A stretch of 64,000 bases of DNA from Candidatus Saccharibacteria bacterium RIFCSPHIGHO2_12_FULL_44_22 (lineage in GTDB: Bacteria > Patescibacteriota > Saccharimonadia > Saccharimonadales > Saccharimonadaceae), in the NCBI GenBank assembly GCA_001790515.1, contig MGCS01000002.1, forward strand, positions 48,234 to 112,233, read 5' to 3'. Below, piece after piece: positions 19,493-29,163 of the stretch (its first letter is position 1; each line of letters opens with the position of its first letter). The position numbers and the translations under genes were made by a program. The notes under the pieces are model-generated. The model was not told the origin of the DNA, did not search any database, and saw nothing but the letters and a program-made list of their open reading frames with translations.

Positions 19493-21337
19493 CTATTGGA
19501 GACAGGTGTCTGCGATAGGTTTTGGAACATGATTCGTCGCACCACTTGGCGAAATAATCGTAATAACAGGAATGACAATTGGCGTCAGCCCCGTTTGCTT
19601 GGTAATATGTTTTTCAACTACTTGCTTTAGCTGAGCCTTAGCATTGTCAACAGTCAGGCTATTAACAGCGCGACCACGAAATATCGCTTTGATCTGCAAA
19701 CGCAACTGATCCATCAGTTCACCGTTGTCACGAATGGCAATCGTACCTCTGGTAATGATGTCGGGGCTAGACGCAAGCCTACCGGTCTTTCGATAAACAA
19801 CCGCCATACATGTGACGAATCCGTCGTCCCGGAGTGACAATCGATCTTTGACGACAAGTTCCGAAACGATCGATCCTGTCTGATCTACTAGCACAGATCC
19901 TGCGGTGACACGTCCGGTGATTCGTGCAGCTTTGCGTGCGGATAGCTCAACAACCTGGCCATTTTCAGCCATTAGAATGTTATCCGACGGAATACCATTC
20001 TCTAACCCAATATCACGATGATACGCACGGTTCAATGCACCACCATAGATTGGCATCAAATACCGTGGCCGCGTCAACAGAATCATTTCAGCATGTTCAT
20101 CGCGGTTACCATGACCAGATACGTGCAGCGGTCCACAGCCATCAATCTGATGCGTTGGGTGACGGAATTGTTTGACACCGATTCGCGCCAAATCGTCACC
20201 AATCGTCTGATAGCTGCGTTCATTACCGACAATCGGCGTGCTACTAATAACAACACTATCGCCAGGCTTTAGCTTGAGATATTGATGCGTACCGGCTGCC
20301 ATGCGTGTCATTGCCGCACCGGGCTCACCTTGCCCGCCAGTGCAGATAACAATTAGCTTGTCATCGGAAATAGTGGCCGCTTCACGGATTGGAATCAATG
20401 TGCCTTTTGGCACTTCCAAGGTTCCCAACCTCACCGCCAATTCTGCCGTCGCCATCATACTGCGACCATCCAGCGCAACCTTGCGGCCACTTGCGTGCGC
20501 GGCATTAATAATCATTTGCACTCTGTTCATATTCGTCGAAAAGACCGCAATGAACAAACGTCCCGTCACCGAATCGATTAATTCATAAAAGCTATCTTGG
20601 AGGGTATGTTCGGTTGGCGTTCGGCCAAGCTTTGTCGCATTGGTACTTTCGCTCATAAGTAGCAACACCCCGTCATCACCCATTTGTCTCAGTCTTTCAA
20701 CGTCGCTTGGACGTGAGTCGAGCGGTTCTGGATCGAGGCGAAAATCTCCCGTATTAATAATCCGTCCGACTGGCGTCTGTACGGATATTGCTGATGATTC
20801 CGGAATAGCATGCGTCACACGGATTAGTTCGATCGTGAACACACCTAGCCGTAGTGTCTGATGCGCGTCCATGTCTAGGACGATTTGTTCGGGCTGATAC
20901 GTCATACCGTTATCAGTGGCCTTTTCAAACTGCACGTTTACCATCCCTATCGTAAAACGACTACCAATGATTGGCGCAGGGTTATTCGGGACTGTGTGGA
21001 TGAGTGCACCGATGTGATCCATGTGTCCATGACTGATGACATAGCCACGCAGTTTATGGCGAATAGATTCCAGATACTGCACAGCAGGAATCGCGTAGTT
21101 CACGCCAGGTAAATCAATCCCCAGTGCAAATCCACAATCGAGCACGATTGCATCGTCGTTGTATTCAACAACGATCATATTCTTTTCACCGATGCCGTTT
21201 TGACCACCAAGCGGAATAATACGAAGCGTGTCTTTCGGAATGGGTTTTAGTGTTGATTTTGCTGTTCGGTGCGGCGCAACCACACCTTCAATTCGTTCAT
21301 TTTTACGGCGAACGGCCGGTGAAATCGTTTGTTTCAT
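19493..21337 (-). CDS. rnj: ribonuclease J (paralogue 2)
   Basis: SHGHMDHIGA motif in the beta-CASP layout. It is co-linear with paralogue 1 but lacks the low-complexity tails. Confidence 0.9.
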   Translation of the reverse strand: MKQTISPAVRRKNERIEGVVAPHRTAKSTLKPIPKDTLRIIPLGGQNGIGEKNMIVVEYNDDAIVLDCGFALGIDLPGVNYAIPAVQYLESIRHKLRGYVISHGHMDHIGALIHTVPNNPAPIIGSRFTIGMVNVQFEKATDNGMTYQPEQIVLDMDAHQTLRLGVFTIELIRVTHAIPESSAISVQTPVGRIINTGDFRLDPEPLDSRPSDVERLRQMGDDGVLLLMSESTNATKLGRTPTEHTLQDSFYELIDSVTGRLFIAVFSTNMNRVQMIINAAHASGRKVALDGRSMMATAELAVRLGTLEVPKGTLIPIREAATISDDKLIVICTGGQGEPGAAMTRMAAGTHQYLKLKPGDSVVISSTPIVGNERSYQTIGDDLARIGVKQFRHPTHQIDGCGPLHVSGHGNRDEHAEMILLTRPRYLMPIYGGALNRAYHRDIGLENGIPSDNILMAENGQVVELSARKAARITGRVTAGSVLVDQTGSIVSELVVKDRLSLRDDGFVTCMAVVYRKTGRLASSPDIITRGTIAIRDNGELMDQLRLQIKAIFRGRAVNSLTVDNAKAQLKQVVEKHITKQTGLTPIVIPVITIISPSGATNHVPKPIADTCLQ

Positions 21338-21601
21338 TTTGTTTCTCCTACCCTAAAGCATCTGTAGTCTGACCGTCATATGTGCATGTAAATATACATT
21401 TCAGAACATGCCTGAAATAGCCAAACATGAGATTGAGATCCTCAGGTATATGTTAATAGTTAAGATTGAACAAGATTGTTCTTGTGCAAATGTAAACAAC
21501 ATTTGTCGTTGCTATGATTTGATCAAGAAATGCTTGGTTGACAAGCCAATATAATTATATTATAGCACTATATAGATTATATTGCAACAGTCTCGTCGTT
21601 T

Positions 21602-22180
21602 TTAGTCGATTTTTTCAATTATCATATCTAGCTGAGTGGTAAACGATTGATACTGCAGCTCAAAATCTTGCCTGCCATCTATTTGAATAATGAACTCAGA
21701 AGTAGTCGGCTCTTCGATCTGTTTGCTATAGTGCCCTACAGCAGCGGTCGCCGATTCAAACGAATGGTTCGTTTGCCCATCTGCAGCGTCACGACCAGCT
21801 AACCGTTGCACTGCAACATCTACCGGCGTTTGAATGCGAACTACTATTCCCCTGCCGCCAAATCGTGATACAACATCAGCCATCTTTCTTCGTTCTTCAC
21901 GCGTGTTTGCATTACAGTCGTACACTACATCATTGCCAGATTTTATTATCTGGCCAGCAGTATAGTCCAGCGCCCCAAAAGTAAGTTGATTATTGTAGGA
22001 TCGTTCTATTGCGTCAGTGTGATGCTCTCTAATAGCAGGCAAACTACCCCACATCGAGAATCGCAGTGAATCGCTATTTAGTAAGACTGCATGTAGCGCT
22101 TCAGCAATTTGCGATGCGAAAGTAGTCTTACCCGAACCCGGCACTCCAACGAATATAACCAGAATCGGGCGTCTACTCAT
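21602..22180 (-). CDS. P-loop kinase/AAA-type ATP-binding protein
   Basis: Walker A VGVPGSGKTT at the N-terminus of a 192-aa small nucleotide-kinase-like fold. Specific function is unknown. Confidence 0.55.
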   Translation of the reverse strand: MSRRPILVIFVGVPGSGKTTFASQIAEALHAVLLNSDSLRFSMWGSLPAIREHHTDAIERSYNNQLTFGALDYTAGQIIKSGNDVVYDCNANTREERRKMADVVSRFGGRGIVVRIQTPVDVAVQRLAGRDAADGQTNHSFESATAAVGHYSKQIEEPTTSEFIIQIDGRQDFELQYQSFTTQLDMIIEKID

Positions 22181-22184
22181 ACTG

Positions 22185-24296
22185 CTATTCGACGTCTTTG
22201 ACGCTCAAACTAAGGCGTCCACGCTCATCAATCCCTGTTAGCTTCACCTTGATGATCTCGCCTTCAGTCAATACGTCTTCGACCCGCTCGACACGTTCGT
22301 CAGATAGCTGGCTGATGTGCACCATACCGTCGATACCAGGAAGAATGTTTATAAATGCGCCGAAGTCTTTGATACTTACAACCTTGCCTTCGTAGACACG
22401 GCCAACCTCTGGCTCTTCGGTAAGCCCTTTTATCCACTCGATAGCCTTGGCGATGCCCGCAGCGTCTTTACCAGCAACGGTGATCAAACCATCTTCTTTG
22501 ATGTCGATCATCGCACCCGTTTCAGCGGTAATCTTATTGATAACTTCTCCACCTTTACCAATAACTGCACCGATCTTATCTGGGTTGATTTTGATCTTTT
22601 CGATGCGTGGTGCAAATTCGCTCAGATGTGTTCGTGGTGCGGCAAGCGTCGTTAACATATGCGCTAAGATATGTGCGCGACCTGGCTTTGATTTTGCGAG
22701 TGCTTCGCGAAGAATTTCAACAGGCAGGCCATGAACTTTCATGTCCATCTGAATTGCAGTGATTCCTTCGGACGTACCCGTCACCTTGAAGTCCATATCT
22801 CCCGCGAAATCTTCAGCGTCGGCAATATCACTCAGTACATATGGCGTACCATTGTCCATCATCAATCCCATGGCAATGCCCGACACAGGTCGTTTGAGTG
22901 GCACACCGGCATCCATCAATGCCAAAACCGAGCTACATGTTGCCGCCATCGACGTACTACCATTTTGACTCATAATTTCTGTGACGCTACGGATAGCATA
23001 CGGGAATTCTTCTTCGGTTGGCAACATCGGTAGAACAGCGCGCTCCGCAAGGTATCCGTGACCGATTTCTCGACGACCAGCACCACCTAGTCGACGGACT
23101 TCACCAACGGTATAACCTGGCGCATTGTAGTGATGCATGTATCGGCGTTCGTAGTCGTCTTGTTCCATTGTGTCGACCATTTGCGCATAACTAAGTGGCG
23201 CTAATGTCACGATATTCAGGCCTTGCGTCACACCACGCGTAAAGATACTCGATCCGTGTGTTCGTGGCAGCACGCCTACTTCGCTTGAAAGCGTACGAAT
23301 CTCGTCGAGCTTACGACCATCAGGACGTGTGCCGCTATCGACAATACCGTTACGGACATCTTTATGAAGCGCCATGGTAAATGCTTCATCGTATTCATCA
23401 TGAAGTGCTTCGTAGTCGTCGCCAAACTTCTCGCGAAGATCGGCGTGGAATGCCCAACGAAGATTGTTGACCATTTCGTTACGTTCCGGGTACGGATGAT
23501 GGAGCGCATCGCCTAGTTTTCCTTCAACCCACGAATCAACAGTCTGTTGAATTTCTTCATTCGGTAGAACTAATGTGAATTCTTGTTCGACAGGCGCAAC
23601 CTTTTCTGCTAATTCTTTTTGCAGTGCGATTGCTGGCTGATATTGTGCGTATGCCCATTCCAATGCATCGCCTACTAATTCTTCGCTGACTTCATTTGCT
23701 CCAGCTTCGACCATAGTAATACCACTTTCGATACCAGCAACGACCAAGTCCAGGTCGCTTTCGTTGCGTTCTTCTGGTGATAAGAAAGCTTTAAATTCAC
23801 CGTTGACACGACCGATACGAAGCCCTGCAACAGGTCCATCAAATGGCGTGCCAGTTAGCGACAGTGCTGCACTCGCTGCGATCATCGCAATCATGTCAGG
23901 ACGAAAGTTTGGATCCATCGACAAGACGCTCGTCACTACCTGAACCTCTTGGCGATAACCTTTTGGAAATAGGGGGCGAATTGGACGATCAATTAATCGG
24001 CCGATCAAAATCGCCTCGTCGCTCGGGCGACCTTCGCGTTTGATGAATCGACTGCCGCTGATTTTGCCAGCTGCATAAAACTTTTCTTCGTAATCGATAG
24101 ACAGCGGGAAATAATCGAGTACGACAGGACGCGATCCAACCATTGCCGTGCCCAAAACGACCGTATCGCCATAGCGAACCATGACGCTGGCGGTAGTGCG
24201 AAAGCCGAGTCGGTTTACTTCTAGTGTTAGTGTTTTGCCGGCAAGCTCAGTACTGACGCTAATAATTTCTTTGCCATGAGGGTTGATAGTAGACAT
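22185..24296 (-). CDS. pnp: polyribonucleotide nucleotidyltransferase (PNPase)
   Basis: Two RNase PH-like halves followed by C-terminal KH (IGAVIGKGGEVINKI) and S1 (GRVYEGKVVSIKDFGAFI) domains. I prefer the ATG at 24296, preceded by GGAGAG. Confidence 0.95.
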   Translation of the reverse strand: MSTINPHGKEIISVSTELAGKTLTLEVNRLGFRTTASVMVRYGDTVVLGTAMVGSRPVVLDYFPLSIDYEEKFYAAGKISGSRFIKREGRPSDEAILIGRLIDRPIRPLFPKGYRQEVQVVTSVLSMDPNFRPDMIAMIAASAALSLTGTPFDGPVAGLRIGRVNGEFKAFLSPEERNESDLDLVVAGIESGITMVEAGANEVSEELVGDALEWAYAQYQPAIALQKELAEKVAPVEQEFTLVLPNEEIQQTVDSWVEGKLGDALHHPYPERNEMVNNLRWAFHADLREKFGDDYEALHDEYDEAFTMALHKDVRNGIVDSGTRPDGRKLDEIRTLSSEVGVLPRTHGSSIFTRGVTQGLNIVTLAPLSYAQMVDTMEQDDYERRYMHHYNAPGYTVGEVRRLGGAGRREIGHGYLAERAVLPMLPTEEEFPYAIRSVTEIMSQNGSTSMAATCSSVLALMDAGVPLKRPVSGIAMGLMMDNGTPYVLSDIADAEDFAGDMDFKVTGTSEGITAIQMDMKVHGLPVEILREALAKSKPGRAHILAHMLTTLAAPRTHLSEFAPRIEKIKINPDKIGAVIGKGGEVINKITAETGAMIDIKEDGLITVAGKDAAGIAKAIEWIKGLTEEPEVGRVYEGKVVSIKDFGAFINILPGIDGMVHISQLSDERVERVEDVLTEGEIIKVKLTGIDERGRLSLSVKDVE

Positions 24297-24495
24297 ATAT
24301 GTCTCTCCTTTTTGTTCACTCGCCCTAGTAATATAAATGCGATAAGTAACGGGTACAGAAATGTGTTCAGTCTCTACAGCTGCGAACATATAACTCTATC
24401 CACCACTTACGTCGCCTGTTAGCGAGTGATACTACCATTATACCACCGAACCAAGCATTACACTTAACAGATAATTGTCGTGTACACTTAAGGGT

Positions 24496-25167
24496 ATGAA
24501 GCTACATATACACACATCGACAGTTCATGATGGGTCAATGAAATACGATGATCAGATTACATCTGACGGTCGGCCTAATGCACGCGATACATTTCTGTTG
24601 AAAAACGGCATTCAACCAGCAGATACGACGCTTGTCTATTTGGCATACGATGGCGATGACTATCGTCGCTATTATACGTTATCTGAATCAGATAAAGGCA
24701 TCGGTATCACTGGCTCTCGGACATTAAAAAGCGATGCACTAGTCACGACAAACCCTGGACATGCCTTGTTCCTGCCACTCGCAGACTGTATAGCTGCAGT
24801 TATCCATGACCCTGTAACAAATACATTGATGCTATCTCATCTGGGTCGCCATAACATCAAACAGATCGGTGGAACAGCCTGTATACAGTATTTAATCGAT
24901 ACTCATCATGTTAATCCTGCCGATCTACAAATCTGGTTAAGTCCTGCAGCTGGGTCAGGAAATTATCCACTATATGATTTCGATAACCGCGGACTTCATG
25001 ATGTTGCAGCAGAACAACTGACCGCAGCTGGCGTACTAGCAGCGAATATCAAAGCATCGTCAATCGATACAACAACCGATCAAAGCTATTATTCGCACAG
25101 TGAGTTTAAAAAAGGCAATCGCCCTAGCGATGGACGGTTTGCAGTCGTCACCTATCTCAGTGAATAG
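24496..25167 (+). CDS. pgeF: YfiH/PgeF (DUF152, laccase-domain) family protein
   Basis: Conserved LADCIAAVIHD and SHLGRHN segments match the Cys/His motifs of the family. The ATG at 24496 is preceded by TAAGGG. Confidence 0.75.
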   Translation: MKLHIHTSTVHDGSMKYDDQITSDGRPNARDTFLLKNGIQPADTTLVYLAYDGDDYRRYYTLSESDKGIGITGSRTLKSDALVTTNPGHALFLPLADCIAAVIHDPVTNTLMLSHLGRHNIKQIGGTACIQYLIDTHHVNPADLQIWLSPAAGSGNYPLYDFDNRGLHDVAAEQLTAAGVLAANIKASSIDTTTDQSYYSHSEFKKGNRPSDGRFAVVTYLSE

Positions 25168-25328
25168 TATTAGTAAAACATTATTCTTACTGATCGTACG
25201 ATTTCTGCGCCGATTCCCAATTCATCAATTGCCGCAATAATAACTGTCAGTAGCGCTACTATACAAATACCAATGAAGGTCTGCTTTGCCATGAATCCCG
25301 GAGGTTTTGAGGAATACGCCATACAAAT

Positions 25329-25770
25329 CTATCCAATATCGCGACGACGAAAATTGAGCCATGAAATAAGTAATGCGAGTAATGTAATAGTACTCAGTAC
25401 CGCAATATCTTCCCAGCGAGCACCGGTCTTTGCAATATCGACTGCCGGGAAATAGTAGAATAGTGACGCCATTTCGTAATTTTGCAACCAATCGACTCCT
25501 GCACTAAATGTCGTCAGTATGAAACTTCCGACGACAACTAATATACCTAGTCCCGTTGCGACTGCGCGATTACCTATGCCAATCGCCAGACTGAACACGA
25601 TTGTCCCAAGCGTCACTAACAGCAACCAGGTCATTGCAATAAGCCGCCACAGTACTGCATTGTCAATTGATTCGTCGATAGTTATTTGCATCACATAAAT
25701 TGAACCGGCACAGGCAACAACGGTAGTCGTAATGACCGTCACCATCGCTAACCATTTTTGAATAAATAAT
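25329..25770 (-). pseudogene. ABC-2 type transporter permease, C-terminal half (gene split by the 25771..37207 insertion)
   Basis: Hydrophobic polytopic ORF whose frame continues the N-terminal half at 37208..37568. Removing the element and one copy of the 8-bp duplication restores ...SRTKLFIQKWLAM... Confidence 0.8.
25763..25770. repeat. 8-bp target-site duplication, left copy (TAAATAAT)
   Basis: Identical octamer at 37208..37215, immediately outside the two terminal inverted repeats. Confidence 0.8.
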
Positions 25771-25795
25771 GGCACTTATATACTTTATAAACCCA
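25771..25795. repeat. left terminal inverted repeat (GGCACTTATATACTTTATAAACCCA)
   Basis: Its first 15 nt are identical to the reverse complement of 37193..37207. There are two mismatches in the next 10 nt. Confidence 0.8.
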
Positions 25796-25837
25796 ACTAG
25801 ATAAACAGAAGTATGTGGAGATAAAAAAATAGCTGAA

Positions 25838-25999
25838 CTACTTGGTCTTTTTCTTCAGCCTTTTACTACGAGCTACGATTTCTTTATTACTAATTGGTGG
25901 TGTGTTTACCATAGCCTTAATAACCCGAGCAAACTCCGGATTGTCACGCTCAAACTTCTTTAGATGTTCAACCACTGGCTTCGGTTTCTTATTCGTCAT
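25838..25999 (-). CDS. small basic protein (53 aa), unknown function
   Basis: Hand-translated ORF below the track cutoff: MTNKKPKPVVEHLKKFERDNPEFARVIKAMVNTPPISNKEIVARSKRLKKKTK. A TATACT box lies 6 nt upstream of the ATG. I recognise no family. Confidence 0.3.
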   Translation of the reverse strand: MTNKKPKPVVEHLKKFERDNPEFARVIKAMVNTPPISNKEIVARSKRLKKKTK

Positions 26000-26119
26000 A
26001 GTCCAAGTATAGCAAAAACAAATGTTCCTTTACATCACGCTATTGCTTGCCTTTTTTAGAGCGAGATGGTTACATCACATCAGAGGTGACTCACGAGGTA
26101 GTCACCGTGGGGAATAGCT

Positions 26120-28753
26120 ATGGACTCAGACAACGCCTATATAACCGTCCTCAATGCCTTACCACAGGTATACATCAGCGTGTTCGTAGCTCTGGTCGGT
26201 ACCATCATTGTCATTGCCGTTATCTACCCAATTCTTGCGCTATTGCCGTTTTTGCGAGCTCGCTCCCAAGACACTGTGTATCTTGCCGTCACACCACCCT
26301 CATTTAGTCACAAAACGCCCCTCGCCACAGAACAACTCAGCCGTATGCTTCAGAGCCTGCTTGCCAGCCGCACTCTCAAAGAGCGCTTGCTGCTCCGTCA
26401 CCGCATCGCCTCACTTGAACTCATCTCCACCCGTGCGGACGGTATTCGCTACATCTTTTGTCTGCCACGAGAAGACGCACCGATCTTCACCCAACAACTC
26501 ACCGCGTACTTGCCAGATGTTACCGTCACGGAAGTACCTGACCCACTGGAAAAACTGCACCATAGTCCGCAGCTGTTCGTCAAAGAGTTCAAACAAGCTC
26601 GCCACTATGCCTATCCGTTAGCAGCGAATGAAACCTTATCCCAGCACGATCCTATTGCCTACATTAGCAGCGCCATGACCCGCCCCTTACCTGGAGAGCA
26701 GGTTGTCTACCAACTGGTACTGTCGGCAACGCAGCCACGTTCGGTCAACAGGATCCGGAACAAACTGGCACTCGGGCAAGATCCGAACCTCTACAGCGCG
26801 GCACTACCACTCCCAGTGCGCATCTTGTTTTGGCTCATCCGCCTGCCATTCGCCATCTTTACGTTTGTCTTTGGTGTGGTCGGTGAAATGCTTTCACCCA
26901 GCTACCGTTCACCAAAGTACCAACAGGCCCAGTACCAAAAGCAGCCACCCGCCTACCTGCAAACTCCTGCCACCCAAGATCTGTTCTCCAAGTTCAGTGA
27001 CAAACTCGCTCAACCACTGTTTCGGGTAAGTATCCGGGCAGTGGTGGCCAGTGATGACACCCATACCGCTAAACAGACCATGCTCGGAATCTCGTCGGCT
27101 ATGGCGTCGTACCATGTCCCGGGTTACCAGGCACTCGTCAGGAAACGCACACTACCTGGTGGGCTGCACGCAAGGTACCGAATCTTCTGTCTGACACACC
27201 GGTTGCCGTCACCATTCCGGTCGCACGACTCGGTCCTGTCAGTCTCCGAAGTGGCCAGTCTCTACCACTTTCCATATGGCCAGACGAACAGAACGGAGGG
27301 CGTAGCCCAGTCACTCAGCAGCACCTTACCCGCACCGCTGGCCCTCAAGCAGCACGCCGATGCAGCTGACTTTGACGTTGTCCTTGGCGTCAACAAACAC
27401 CATGGGCAGAACACGCCCATTGGTCTGACCGAATCCGAACGCCAACGTCACCTCTACCTTATTGGTGGGACCGGTAACGGCAAGACCACACTGCTGGAAT
27501 ATGGCCTTATCCAGGACATCCAGGCCGGGAAAGGTGTTGCCCTGATCGATCCTCACGGTGACTCGGCTCAAAAGCTCCTGCGGTATATTCCAAAGAACCG
27601 CATGAAGGATGTTATCTATCTTAATCCCCGTGATTTGGATTACCCAATTGGCCTCAACTTACTGGAAATACCGAAGAACCTCACCGGTACCGATCTTAAA
27701 CACGAAAAAGACCTTATCGCTGAAGCCGTGGTGTCGGTACTACGGAAGATCTTTGACGACGCCAGCGGTGCTAATGCCTACCGGATTGAACGGGTACTAC
27801 GAAATGCTATCTACACGGCCTTTACCGTACCAGATGCCACCCTGTTTACGGTCTTACGCCTGCTAGCGGATAACACCTACCGCAAGCAGGTGACCAGAAG
27901 CCTGGACGATGAAAGCCTGAAGCGCTTCTGGAAAGAGGAACTCGGTAAAGCTGGTGACTTCCAACGGGTGAAAATGAGCAGCGGGCCAATCTCCCGGATA
28001 GAGCGGTTTGAACGCAGTGAGTCAGCCCGACGGATGCTGGGGCAAACAACATCCACCATTTCTTTTGATGACATCGTCAATACCAACAAGATCCTTATTT
28101 GCAACTTCAGCAAAGGACGCTTAGGTGAAGATACCTCCACGCTATTTGGGACAACCGTCCTGGCGAAGCTGCAGCTGGCTGCCTGGCGGCGCGACAACAT
28201 ACCCGAAGCCGAGCGCACGCCATTTTACTTGTACGTCGATGAATTCCAGAACTTTGCCAGTGACCATTTCATGAGTCTGTTCTCTGAAGCTCGGAAGTAC
28301 AAGCTGTTTCTGACGATGGCACAGCAGTCGGTCGCGCAGCTCAAAGAGCAGGGTATGGTGACGAACATCTTAGATAACGTTGGTACCCTGATTGTCTTCC
28401 GCTCTAAGAGTCCGGATACCGAACGCTTGGTGCTGCACCAGCTCAAACCTTATGTCGAACCAGGCCAGATTACTAATTTACCGGCTTACCATTTTTATAT
28501 GAAGGTGGCAGCTGTCGAGCCGCAGGAGCCGCTGACGGGTGAGACGTTACTCCCTGACACGAATGGCAATGAGCTGATGGCGAAGAAAGTGATTGCGTTG
28601 TCGCGGGAGTTGTGGGGGCGGGAGTATGTTGAGGAGGAAGAACCGAAAGAAAGACCCCAACAACAAACACAGAAAAAGAGGCCAAAGTCTACTACGGCGA
28701 AAAGGACAGCAACAAAGACTAAGCCGGTCAACAGCAAAGGGCTGCCGAAATAG
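26120..28753 (+). CDS. type IV secretion coupling protein-like ATPase (TraD/TraG/VirD4-like), membrane anchored
   Basis: N-terminal TM hairpin, Walker A LIGGTGNGKTT, DPHGD segment, Walker B-like FYLYVDEFQNF, and a basic C-terminal tail. Confidence 0.7.
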   Translation: MDSDNAYITVLNALPQVYISVFVALVGTIIVIAVIYPILALLPFLRARSQDTVYLAVTPPSFSHKTPLATEQLSRMLQSLLASRTLKERLLLRHRIASLELISTRADGIRYIFCLPREDAPIFTQQLTAYLPDVTVTEVPDPLEKLHHSPQLFVKEFKQARHYAYPLAANETLSQHDPIAYISSAMTRPLPGEQVVYQLVLSATQPRSVNRIRNKLALGQDPNLYSAALPLPVRILFWLIRLPFAIFTFVFGVVGEMLSPSYRSPKYQQAQYQKQPPAYLQTPATQDLFSKFSDKLAQPLFRVSIRAVVASDDTHTAKQTMLGISSAMASYHVPGYQALVRKRTLPGGLHARYRIFCLTHRLPSPFRSHDSVLSVSEVASLYHFPYGQTNRTEGVAQSLSSTLPAPLALKQHADAADFDVVLGVNKHHGQNTPIGLTESERQRHLYLIGGTGNGKTTLLEYGLIQDIQAGKGVALIDPHGDSAQKLLRYIPKNRMKDVIYLNPRDLDYPIGLNLLEIPKNLTGTDLKHEKDLIAEAVVSVLRKIFDDASGANAYRIERVLRNAIYTAFTVPDATLFTVLRLLADNTYRKQVTRSLDDESLKRFWKEELGKAGDFQRVKMSSGPISRIERFERSESARRMLGQTTSTISFDDIVNTNKILICNFSKGRLGEDTSTLFGTTVLAKLQLAAWRRDNIPEAERTPFYLYVDEFQNFASDHFMSLFSEARKYKLFLTMAQQSVAQLKEQGMVTNILDNVGTLIVFRSKSPDTERLVLHQLKPYVEPGQITNLPAYHFYMKVAAVEPQEPLTGETLLPDTNGNELMAKKVIALSRELWGREYVEEEEPKERPQQQTQKKRPKSTTAKRTATKTKPVNSKGLPK

Positions 28754-28809
28754 CCAAGTATGCAGATATATCAGCTAGTTTAAATTCTACTTTCGTGCGA
28801 GTTTTCACT

Positions 28810-28845
28810 CTACCGCTCGCCCTACCGTTCGCTCTACCAATAGCC
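28810..28845. repeat. three tandem 12-bp iteron-like repeats
   Basis: CTACCGCTCGCC / CTACCGTTCGCT / CTACCAATAGCC, head to tail, 57 nt after the T4CP-like gene. Confidence 0.5.
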
Positions 28846-29163
28846 GGTATATCAGTCAGTCACTTTCACCCCTGTTCTTGGCGTCTCACCCGAACCCGAC
28901 TCTTTACGTGTGTCACTATCATTTTTACATACTGCCATTGCGCCCTGTTGGGTTGCTACTTCAGGGACGTTGTTCGTGTAGGTGAGTAGATAAAGCAACT
29001 ACCTCACCCAATATTGTTGCTCAGTTTACCCCACAGTTACAGCACCGTAAATTTGCTACGTGCTTTTCCCTGCAACATCTGGCTCCATGGGAATCTATTC
29101 GTTACTGCCTTTTAAGAGTGGGTCTGACTGTTCTTGGGGTACGTGTTTTATGTCGTTCCTAGT

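Noticed and set aside
25170-25292. 40-aa hydrophobic minus-strand ORF (MAKQTFIGICIVALLTVIIAAIDELG...) just downstream of the permease fragment
   Set aside because: It has no SD or -10 context and is too short to judge. It may be a real small membrane peptide, but I cannot support it.
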